From the NCBI GenBank assembly GCA_964016885.1, contig OZ024753.1:21948001-22012000 (forward strand): DNA of 64,000 nucleotides, written 5' to 3'. The notes under the pieces are model-generated. The model saw only the letters and a program-made list of their open reading frames with translations, had not been told where the DNA came from and searched no databases. A program made the position numbers and the translations under genes. Position 1 is the stretch's first letter; every line of letters begins with the position of its first letter. Of the stretch, positions 53,346 to 64,000 are shown piece after piece. Source of the DNA: Eledone cirrhosa (Eukaryota).

Positions 53346-53699
53346 ATGGCCAGTGATGGAAGTTTTAACAAATGTGGCCAGTGGTGGAAGGTTTAACAAA
53401 TGTGGCCAGTGATGGAAGGTTTAATGAATGTGCCCAGTGATGGAAGGTGTAACAAATGTGGCCAGTGATGGAAGGTGTAACAAATGTGGCCAGTGATGGA
53501 AGGTTTAATGAATGGGGTCAGTGATGGAAGGTTTAACAAATGTGGCCAGTGATGGAAGTTTTAACAAATGTGGCCAGTGGTGGAAGGTTTAACAACTGTG
53601 GCCAGTGATGGAAGTTTTAACAAATGTGGCCAGTGGTGGAAGGTTTAACAACTGTGGCCAGTGATGGAAGGTTTAACAAATGTGGCCAGTGATGGAAGG

Positions 53700-56600
53700 T
53701 TTAATGAATGTGGCCAGTGATGGAAGGTTTAACAATTGTGACCAGTCATGGTAGGTTTAAAAAATGTGGCCAGTGATGGAACGTTTAATGAATGTGGCCA
53801 GTGATGGAAGGTTTAACAACTGTGGCCAGAGATGGAAGGTTTAACAAATGTGGCCAGTGATGGAAGGTTTAAAGAATGTGGCCAGTGATGGTAGGTTTAA
53901 CAAATGTGGCCAGTGATGGAAGGTTTAACAAATGTGGCAAGTGATGGAAGGTTTAACAAATGTGGCCAGTGATGGAAGGTTTAACAAATGTGGCCAGTGA
54001 TGGGAGGTTTAATGAATGTGGCCAGTGATGGAAGGTTTAACAAATGTGGCCAGTGATGGAAGGTTTAACAAATGTGGCCAGTGATGGAAGGTTTAATGAA
54101 TGTGGCCAGTGATGGAAGGTTTAACAAATGTGGCCAGTGATGGAAGGTTTAACAAATGTGGCCAGTGATGGAAGGTTTAATGAATGTGGCCAGTGATGGA
54201 GGGTTTAACAACTGTGGCCAGTGGTGGAACATATGATGAATGTGGCCAGTGATGGAATGTTTAACAACTGTGGTCAGTGATGGAAGGTTTAATGAATGTG
54301 GCCAGTGATGGAAGGTTTAACAAATGTGATCAGTGATGGAAGGTTTAACAAATGTGGCCAGTGATGGAAGGTTTAACAAATGTGGCCAGTGATGGAAGGT
54401 TTAAAAACTGTGGCCAGTGATGGAAGGTTTAACAAATGTGGCCAGTGATGGAAGGTTTAACAACCGTGGCTAGTGATGGTAGGTTTAACAAATGTGGCCA
54501 GTGATGGAAGGTTTAATGAATGTGGCCAGTGATGGAAGGTTTAACAACTGTGGCCAGTGATGGACGGTTTAATGAATGTGGCCAGTGATGGAAGGTTTAA
54601 CAATGTGGCCAGTGATGGAAGGTTTAATGAATGGCCCAGTGATGGAAAGTTTAATAAATGTGGCCAGTGATGGAAGGTTTAACAAATGTGGCCAGTGATG
54701 GAAGGTTTAATGAATGTGGCCAGTGATTGAAGGTTTAACAGATGTGGCCAGTGATGGAAGGTTTAATGAATGTGGCCAGTGGTGGAAGGTTTAAAAAATG
54801 TGGCCAGTGATGGAAGGTTTAATAAATGTGGCCAGTGATGGAAGGTTTAACAGATGTGGCCAGTGATGGAAGGTTTAATGAATGTGGCCAGTGGTGGAAG
54901 GTTTAAAAAATGTGGCCAGTGATGGAAGGTTTAACAAATGTGGCCAGTTGATGGAAGGCTTAACAAATGTGGCCAGTGATGGAAGGTTTAATGAATGTGG
55001 CCAGTGATTGAAGGTTTAACAGATGTGGCCAGTGATGGAAGGTTTAATGAATGTGGCCAGTGGTGGAAGGTTTAAAAAATGTGGCCAGTGATGGAAGGTT
55101 TAACAAATGTGGCCAGTGGTGGAAGGTTTAATGAATGTGGCCAGTGATGTAAGGTTTAATAACTGTGGCCAGTGATGGAAGGTTTAACAACTGTGGCCAG
55201 TGATGGAAGGTTTAACAAATGTGGTCAGTGATGGAAGGTTTAATGAATGTAGCCAGTGGTGGAAAGTTTAATGAATGGGGCCAGTGATGGAAGGTTTAAC
55301 AAATGTGGCCAGTGATGGAAGGTTTAATGAATGTGGGCAGTGATGGAAGGTTTAATGAATGTGGCCAGTGATGGAAGGTTTAACAAATGTGGCCAGTGAT
55401 GGTAGGTTTAATGAATGTGGCCAGTGATGGAAGGTTTAACAACTGTGGCAGGTTATGGAAGGTTTAATGAATGTGGCCAGTGATGGAAAGTTTAATGAAT
55501 GTGGCCAGTGATGGAAGGTTTAACAAATGTGGCCAGTGATGGAAGGTTTAAAGAATGTGGCCATTGATGGATGGTTTAATAAATGTGGCCAGTGATGGAA
55601 GGTTTATTGAATGTGGCCAGTGATGGAAGGTTTAACAAACCTGGCCAGTGATGGAAGGTTTAATGAATGTGGCCAGTGATTGAAGGTTTAACAAAAGTGG
55701 TCAGTGATGGAAGGTTTAATAACTGTGGCTAGTGATGGAAGGTTTAACAAATGTGGCCAGTGATGGAAGGTTTAACAAATGTGGCCAGTGATGGAAGGTT
55801 TAAAGAATGTGGCCATTGATGGATGGTTTAATAAATGTGGCCAGTGATGGAAGGTTTAACAAATGTGGCCAGTGATGGAAGGTTTAATGAATGTGGCCAA
55901 TGATGGAAGGTTTAACAAATGTGGCCAGTGATGGAAGGTTTAATGAATGTGGCCAGTGATGGAAGGTTTGGAAACTGTGGCCATTGATGGAAGGTTTAAT
56001 GAATGTGGCCAGTGATGGAAGGTTTAACAAATGCGGTCAGTGATGGAAGGTTTAACAAATGTGGCCAGTGGTGGAAGGTTTAATAACTGTGGCCAGTGAT
56101 GGAAGGTTTAATGAATGTGGCCAGTGATGGAAGGTTTAATAACTGTGGCCAGTGATGGAAGGTTTAATGAATGTGGCCAGTGATGGAAGGTTTAATGAAA
56201 GGGGCCAGTGATGGAAGGTTTAAAAAATGTGGCCAGTGATGGAAGGTTTAAAAAATGTGGCCAGTGATGGAAGGTTTAAAAAATGTGGCCAGTGATGGAA
56301 GGTTTAACAAATGTGGCCAGTGATGGAAGGTTTAACAAACGTGGCCAGTGGTGGAAGGTTTAATGAATGGGGCCAGTGATGGAAGGTTTAACAACTGTGG
56401 CCAGTGATGGAAGGTTTAAAAAATGTGGCCAGTGATGGAAGGTTTAATGAATGGGGTCAGTGATGGAAGGTTTAACAAATGTGGCCAGTGATGGAAGGTT
56501 TAACAAATGTGGCCAGTGATGGAAGGTTTAATGAATGTGGCCAGTGATGGAAGGTTTAATGAATGGGGCCAGTGATGGAAGGTTTAAAAAATGTGGCCAG

Positions 56601-59600
56601 TGATGGAAGGTTTAGCAAATGTGGCCAGTAAGGGAAGGTTTAACAAATGTGGCCAGTGATGGAAGGTTTAACAAATGTGGCCAGTGATGGAAGGTTTAAC
56701 AAACGTGGCCAGTGGTGGAAGGTTTAATAACTGTGGCCAGTGATGGAAGGTTTAACAAATGTGGCCAGTGATGGAAGGTTTAATGAGTGTGGCCAGTGAT
56801 GGAAGGTTTAACAAATGTGGCCAGTGATGGAAGGTTTAACAAATGTGGCCAGTGATGGAAGGTTTAATGAATGTGGCCAGTGATGGAAGGTTTAATGAAT
56901 GGGGCCAGTGATGGAAGGTTTAAAAAATGTGGCCAGTGATGGAAGGTTTAACAAATGTGGCCAGTGATGGAAGGTTTAACAACTGTGGCCAGTAATGGAA
57001 GGTTTAATGAATGGGGCCAGTGATGGAAGGTTTAACAACTGTGGCAAGTGATGGAATGTTTAATGAATGTGGCCAGTGATGGAAGGTTTAACAAATGTGG
57101 CCAGTGATGGAAGGTTTAACAAATGTAGCCAGTGGTGGAAGGTTTAATGAATGTGGCCAGTGATGTAAGGTTTAATAACTGTGGCCAGTGATGGAAGGTT
57201 TAACAACTGTGGCCGGTGATGGAAGGTTTAACAAATGTGGTCAGTGATGGAAGGTTTAATGAATGTGGTCAGTGATGGAAGGTTTAACAAATGTGGCCAG
57301 TGATGGAAGGTTTAACAACTGTGGCAGGTTATGGAAGGTTTAATGAATGTGGGCAGTGATGGAAGGTTTAATGAATGTGGCCAGTGATGGAAGGTTTAAC
57401 AAATGTGGCCAGTGATGGTAGGTTTAATGAATGTGGCCAGTGATGGAAGGTTTAACAACTGTGGCAGGTTATGGAAGGTTTAATGAATGTGGCCAGTGAT
57501 GGAAGGTTTAACAACTGTGGCCAGTGGTGGAAAGTTTAATGAATGGGGCCAGTGATGCAAGGTTTAACAAATGTGGCCAGTGATGGAAAGTTTAATGAAT
57601 GTGGCCAGTGATGGAAGGTTTAACAAATGTGGCCAGTGATGGAAGGTTTAATGAATGTGGCCAGTGATGGAAGGTTTAACAACTGTGGCCAGTGGTGGAA
57701 AGTTTAATGAATGGGGCCAGTGATGCAAGGTTTAACAAATGTGGCCAGTGGTAGAAAGTTTAATGAATGGGGCCAGTGATGGAAGGTTTAACAAATGTGG
57801 CCAGTGATGGTAGGCTTAATGAATGTGGCCAGTGATGGAAGGTTTAACAAATGTGGCCAGTGATGGAAGGTTTAACAAATGTGGTCAGTGATGGAAGGTT
57901 TAATGAATGTGGCCAGTGATGGAAGGTTTAACAAATGTGGCCAGTGATGGAAGGTTTAACAAATGTGGCCAGTGATGGAAGGTTTAACAAATGTGGCCAG
58001 TGGAGGAAAGTTTAATGAATGTGGCCAGTGATGGAAGGTTTAACAAATGTGGCCAGTGATGGAAGGTTTAATGAATGTGGCAAGTGGTGGAAGGTTTAAC
58101 AAATGTGGCCAGTGATGGAAGGTTTAATGAATGTGGCCAGTGGTGGAAGGTTTAACAAATGTGGCCAGTGATGGAAGGTTTACAGAATGTGGCCAGTGAT
58201 GGAAGGTTTAATAACTGTGGCTAGTGATGGAAGGTTTAACAAATGTGGCCAATGATGGAAGATTTAATGAATGTGGCCAGTGATGGAAGGTTTAAAGAAT
58301 GTGGCCATTGATGGAAGGTTTAATAAATGTGGCCAGTGATGGAAGATTTAACAAATGTGGCCAGTGATGGAATGTTTAATGAATGTGGCCAGTGATGGAA
58401 GGTTTAACAAATGTGGCCAGTGATGGAAGGTTTAACAAATGTGGCCAGTGGTGGAAGGTTTAACAAATGTGGCCAGTGATGGAAGGTTTATTGAATGTGG
58501 CAAGTGATGGAAGGTTTAATAACTGTGGCTAGTGATGGAAGGTTTAACAAATGTGGCCAATGATGGAAGATTTAATGAATGTGGCCAGTGATGGAAGGTT
58601 TAAAGAATGTGGCCATTGATGGAAGGTTTAATAAATGTGGCCAGTGATGGAAGATTTAACAAATGTGGCCAGTGATGGAAGGTTTAATGAATGTGGCCAG
58701 TGATGGAAGGTTTAACAAATGTGGCCAGTGATGGAAGGTTTAATGAATGTGGCCAGTGATGGAAGGTTTAACAAATGTGGCCAGTGATGGAAGGTTTAAC
58801 AACTGTGGCAGGTTATGGAAGGTTTAATGAATGTGGCCAGTGATGGAAGGTTTAATGAATGTGGCCAGTGATGGAAGGTTTAACAAATGTGGCCAGTGAT
58901 GGTAGGTTTAATGAATGTGGCCAGTGATGGAAGGTTTAACAAATGTGGCAGGTTATGGAAGTTTTAATGAATGTGGCCAGTGATGGAAGGTTTAATGAAT
59001 GTGGCCAGTGATGGAAGGTTTAACAAATGTGGCCAGTGATGGAAGGTTTAACAAATGTGGCCAGTGATGGAAGGTTTAATGAATGTGGCCAGTGGTGGAA
59101 GGTTTAACAATTGTGGCCAGTGATGGAAAGTTTATTGAATGTGGCCAGTGATGGAAGGTTTAATAACTGTGGCTAGTGATGGAAGGTTTAACAAATGTGG
59201 CCAGTGATGGAAGGTTTAAAGAATGTGGCCATTGCTGGATGGTTTAATAAATGTGGCCAGTGATGGAAGGTTTATCAAATGTGGCCAGTGATGGAAGGTT
59301 TAATGAATGTGGCCAATGATGGAAGGTTTAACAAATGTGGCCAGTGATGGAAGGTTTAACAAATGTGGCCAGTGATGGAAGGTTTGACAATTGTGTCCAG
59401 TGATGGAAGGTTTACCAAATGTGGCCAGTGATGGAACGTTTAAAAACTGTGGCCAGTGATGGAAGGTTTAACAAATGTGGCCAGTGATGGAATGTTTAAT
59501 AAATGTGGCCAGTGATGGAAGGATTAACACCTGTGGCCAGTGGTGGAAGGTGTAATAACTGTGGCCAGTGATGGAAGGTTTAATGACTGTGGCCAGTGAT

Positions 59601-62600
59601 GGAAGGTTTAATAACTGTGGCCAGTGATGAAAGGTTTAATGAATGTGGCAAGTGATGGATGGTTTAACAAATGTGGCCAGTGATGGAAGGTTTAATAAAT
59701 GTGGCCAGTGATGGAAGATTTAATAAATTTGGCCAGTGATGGAAGGTTTAATGAATGTGGCCAGTGATGGAAGGTTTAATAAATGTGGCTAGTGATGGAA
59801 GGTTTAACAAATGTGGCCAGTGATGGAAGGTTTAACAAATGTGGCCAGTGATGGAAGGTTTAACAAATGTGGCCATTGATGGATGGTTTAATAAATGTGG
59901 CCAGTGATGGAAGGTTTAACAAATGTGGCCAGTGATGGAAGGTTTAATGAATGTGGCCAGTGATGGAAGGTTTAACAAATGTGGCTAGTGATGGAAGGTT
60001 TAACAAATGTGGCCAGTGATGGAAGGTTTAACAACTGTGTCCAGTGATGGAAGGTTTAACAAATGTGGCCAGTGATGGAAGGTTTACCAAATGTGGCCAG
60101 TGATGGAAGGTTTGAAAACTGTGGCCATTGATGGAAGGTTTAATGAATGTGGCCAGTGATGGAAGGTTTAACAAATTTGGCCAGTGATGGAAGGTTTAAC
60201 AAATGTGGCCAGTGGTGGAAGGTTTAATAACTGTGGCCAGTGATGGAAGATTTAATGAACGTGGCCAGTGATGGAAGGTTTAACACATGTGGTCAGTGAT
60301 GGAAGGTTTAACAAATGTGGCCAGTGATGGAAGGTTTAATGAATGTGGCCAGTGATGGAAGGTTTAATAACTGTGGCCAGTGGTGGAAGGTGTAATAACT
60401 GTGGCCAGTGAGGGAAGATTTAATGAATGTGGCCAGTGATGGAAGGTCTAACGAATGTGGCCTGTGATGGATGGTTTAACAAATGTGGCCAGTGATGGAA
60501 GGTTTAATGAATGTGGCCAGTGATGGAAGGTTTAACAAATGTGGCCATTGGTGGAAGGTTTAACAAATGTGGCCAGTGATGGAAGGTTTAATGAATGTGG
60601 CCAGTGATGGAAGGTTTAACAAATGTGGCCAGTGATGGAAGGTTTAATGAATGTGGCCAGTGATGGAAGGTTTAACAAATGTGGCCATTGGTGGAAGGTT
60701 TAACAAATGTGGCCAGTGATGGAAGGTTTAATGAATGTGGCCAGTGATGGAAGGTTTAACAAATGTGGCCAGTGATGGAAGGTTTAACAAATGTGGCCAG
60801 TGATGGAAGGTTTAATGAATGTGGCCAGTGGTGGAAGGTTTAACAAATGTGGCCAGTGATGGAAGGTTTAACAAATGTGGCCAGTGATGGAAGGTTTAAC
60901 AAATGTGGCCAGTGATGGATGGTTTAACAAATGTGGCCAGTGATGGAAGGTTTAACAAATGTGGCCAGTGATGGAAGGTTTAACAAATGTGGCCAGTGAT
61001 GGAAGGTTTAACACCTGTGGCCAGTGATGGAAGGTTTAACAAATGTGGCCAGTGATGGAAGGTTTAATGAATGTGGCCAGTGATGGAAGGTTTAACAAAT
61101 GTGGCCAGTGATGGAAGGTTTAACAAATGTGGCCAGTGGTGGAAGGTTTAATAACTGTGGCCAGTGATGGAAGGTTTAATGAATGTGGCCAGTCATGGAA
61201 GGTTTATTGAATGTGGCCTGTGATGGAAGGTTTAACAAATGTGGCCAGTGATGGAAGGTTTAATGAATGTGGCCAGTGATTGAAGGTTTAACAAATGTGG
61301 CCAGTGATGGAAGGTTTAATAACTGTGGCCAGTGATGGAAGGTTTAATGAATGTGGCCAGTGATGGAAGGTTTAACAAATGTGGCCAGTGATGGAAGGTT
61401 TAATAACTGTGGCCAGTGATGGAAGGTTTAACAACTGTGGCCAGTGATGGAAGGTTTATTGAATGTGGCCTGTGATGGAAGGTTTAACAAATGTGGCCAG
61501 TGATGGAAGGTTTAATGAATGTGGCCAGTGATTGAAGGTTTAACAAATGTGGTCAGTGATGGAAGGTTTAATGAATGTGGCCAGTGGTGGAAGGTTTAAC
61601 AATTGTGGCCAGTGATGGAAGGTTTATTGAATGTGGCCAGTGATGGAAGGTTTAATAACTGTGGCCAGTGATGGAGGTTTAACAAATGTGGCCAGTGATG
61701 GAAGGTTTAATGACTGTGGCCAGTGATGGAAGGTTTAATAACTGTGGCTAGTGATGGAAGGTTTAACAAATGTGGCCAATGATGGAAGGTTTAATGAATG
61801 TGGCCAGTGATGGAAGGTTTAAAGAATGTGGCCATTGATGGATGGTTTAATAAATGTGGCCAGTGATGGAAGGTTTAACAAATGTGGCCAGTGATGGAAG
61901 GTTTAATGAATGTGGCCAGTGATGGAAGGTTTAACAAATGTGGCCAGTGATGGAAGGTTTAATAAATGTGGCCTGTGATGGAAGGTTTAATAACTGTGGC
62001 CAGTGATGGAAGATTTAATTAATGTGGCCAGTGATGGAAGGTTTAACAAATGTGGCCAGTGATGGAAGGAATAACACCTGTGGCCAGTGATGGAAGGTTT
62101 AATAAATGTGGCCAGTGATGGAAGATTTAATAAATGTGGCCAGTGATGGAAGGTTTAATGAATGTGGCCAGTGATGGAAGGTTTAATAAATGTGGCTAGT
62201 GATGGAAGGTTTAACAAATGTGGCCAGTGATGGAAGGTTTAACAAATGTGGCCAGTGATGGAAGGTTTAACAAATGTGGCCATTGATGGATGGTTTAATA
62301 AATGTGGCCAGTGATGGAAGGTTTAACAAATGTGGCCAGTGATGGAAGGTTTAATTAATGTGGCCAGTGATGGAAGGTTTAACAAATGTGGCTAGTGATG
62401 GAAGGTTTAACAAATGTGGCCAGTGATGGAAGGTTTAACAACTGTGTCCAGTGATGGAAGGTTTAACAAATGTGGCCAGTGAGTGAAGGTTTACCAAATG
62501 TGGCCAGTGATGGAAGGTTTGAAAACTGTGGCCATTGATGGAAGGTTTAATGAATGTGGCCAGTGATGGAAGGTTTAACAAATGTGGCCAGTGATGGAAG

Positions 62601-64000
62601 GTTTAACAAATGTGGCCAGTGGTGGAAGGTTTAATAACTGTGGCCAGTGATGGAAGATTTAATGAACGTGGCCAGTGATGGAAGGTTTAACACATGTGGC
62701 CAGTGATGGAAGGTTTAACAAATGTGGCCAGTGATGGAAGGTTTAATGAATGTGGCCAGTGGTGGAAGGTGTAATAACTGTGGCCAGTGAGGGAAGATTT
62801 AATGAATGTGGCCAGTGATGGAAGGTCTAACGAATGTGGCCTGTGATGGATGGTTTAACAAATGTGGCCAGTGATGGAAGGTTTAACAAATGTGGCCAGT
62901 GATGGTGGGTTTCATGAATGTGGCCAGTGATGGAAGGTTTAACAACTGTGGCCAGTGATGGAAGGTTTAACAAATGTGGCCAGTGGTGGAAGGTTTAATA
63001 ACTGTGGCCAGTGATGGAAGGTTTAATGAATGTGGCCAGTCATGGAAGGTTTAATAACTGTGGCCAGTGATGGAAGGTTTAACAAATGTGGCCAGTGATG
63101 GAATGTTTAACAAATGTGGCCAGTGATGGAAGGTTTAACACCTGTGGCCAGTGATGGAAGGTTTAACAAATGTGGCCAGTGATGGAAGGTTTAACAAATG
63201 TGGCCAGTGATGGAAGGTTTAATAACTGTGGCCAGTGATGGAAGGTTTAACAACTGTGGCCAGTGATGGAAGGTTTATTGAATGTGGCCTGTGATGGAAG
63301 GTTTAACAAATGTGGTCAGTGATGGAAGGTTTATTGAATGTGGCCAGTGATGGAAGGAATAACACCTGTGGCCAGTGATGGAAGGTTTAATAAATGTGGC
63401 CAGTGGTGGAAGGTGTAATAACTGGGGCCAGTGATGGAAGATTTAATGAATGTGGCCAGTGATGGAAGGTTTAATGACTGTGGCCAGTGATGGAAGGTTT
63501 AATAACTGTGGCCAGTGATGAAAGGTTTAATGAATGTGGCCAGTGATGGAAGGTTTAATAAATGTGGCCAGTGATGGATGGTTTAACAAATGTGGCCAGT
63601 GATGGAAGGTTTAATAAATGTGGCCAGTGATGGAAGATTTAATAAATGTGGCCAGTGATGGAAGGTTTAATGAATGTGGCCAGTGATGGATGGTTTAACA
63701 AATGTGGCCAGTGATGGAAGATTTAATAAATGTGGCCAGTGATGGATGGTTTAACAAATGTGGCCAGTGATGGAAGGTTTAATAAATGTGGCCAGTGATG
63801 GAAGATTTAATAAATGTGGCCAGTGATGGAAGGTTTAATGAATGTGGCCAGTGATGGAAGGTTTAATAAATGTGGCTAGTGATGGAAGGTTTAACAAATG
63901 TGGCCAGTGATGGAAGATTTAACAAATGTGGCCAGTGATGGAAGGTTTAACAAATGTGGCCAGTGATGGAAGGTTTAACAAATGTGGCCATTGATGGATG
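53700..64000 (+). repeat. More heterogeneous domain of the same satellite with its own variant set
   Basis: AAAGAAT+GGCCATT, GGCAGGTTAT, TTATTGAAT, AACACCTG, TTTGAAAACT and GGTCTAACGAAT were seen only here. The GGGGTC subtype, common upstream, nearly disappears (one seen at about 56454). Confidence 0.75.
59690..60500 (+). repeat. ~0.8 kb block duplicated at about 62095-62880 (offset 2,407, then 2,379 after loss of one monomer)
   Basis: TTTGAAAACT at 60111/62518, GGCCATTGATGGATGG at 59871/62278, and the CG of AACGAAT at 60452/62831. Confidence 0.85.

Larger units (their letters stand above)
1..64000 (+). repeat. Satellite-type tandem array, 28-bp monomer GTGGCCAGTGATGGAAGGTTTAACAAAT, about 2,290 head-to-tail copies, running off both window ends
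   Basis: TGGA recurs at 1, 29, 57 and so on through 64000. The consensus has 9 G, 9 A, 7 T and 3 C, and carries TGGCCA (MscI site, containing HaeIII GGCC). No spacer or non-repeat sequence was seen, and the orientation never flips. Confidence 0.99.

Noticed and set aside
1-64000. CRISPR array (28 bp is a typical repeat length)
   Set aside because: Monomers abut directly with no unique spacers, and there is no leader or cas gene.
1-64000. Telomerase-synthesised telomeric repeat (G-rich strand, long unit as in some yeasts)
   Set aside because: There is no TTAGGG-like core. Variants are inherited in multi-kb duplicated blocks, which points to recombination or replication-based amplification rather than unit-by-unit templating. 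A subtelomeric location is not excluded.
1-64000. Giant repetitive protein gene read through the array (28-codon period)
   Set aside because: Because 28 mod 3 = 1, every frame on both strands meets a stop about every 84 bp in the consensus.
1-64000. Canonical G-quadruplex array
   Set aside because: The consensus has only GG doublets. GGG/GGGG tracts occur in isolated variant monomers, too far apart for a three-tier G4.
1-64000. A single regular higher-order repeat, or a deliberate code in monomer order
   Set aside because: Offsets between repeated blocks are heterogeneous (140, 392, 588, 1373, 2407, 4060, 4314, 5208, 23113) and are explained by nested duplications.

Overview
The whole 64 kb window is one uninterrupted, single-orientation tandem array of a 28-bp monomer (consensus GTGGCCAGTGATGGAAGGTTTAACAAAT, about 2,290 copies, 43% GC, G-rich on the + strand). 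I found no genes, RNA genes, transposon insertions, inversions, CRISPR spacers or unique sequence. The five listed ORFs are by-products of the repeat. It reads as eukaryote-type satellite DNA, but I cannot assign a host or a named family from sequence alone. The information lies in the monomer variants. They show nested duplications: an ~8 kb block repeated 23,113 bp away, a near-perfect 5,208-bp tandem duplication, and many smaller higher-order repeats. A more diverged domain starts after ~53.7 kb. One hypervariable dinucleotide (CA/TG/TA/CG) looks like a decayed methyl-CpG. Some multi-base variants look like template-switch products. The monomer also resembles the Cys-x2-Cys half of a C2H2 zinc-finger coding unit. 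I do not see evidence for a protein-coding system. All variant positions were read by eye and block boundaries are approximate.
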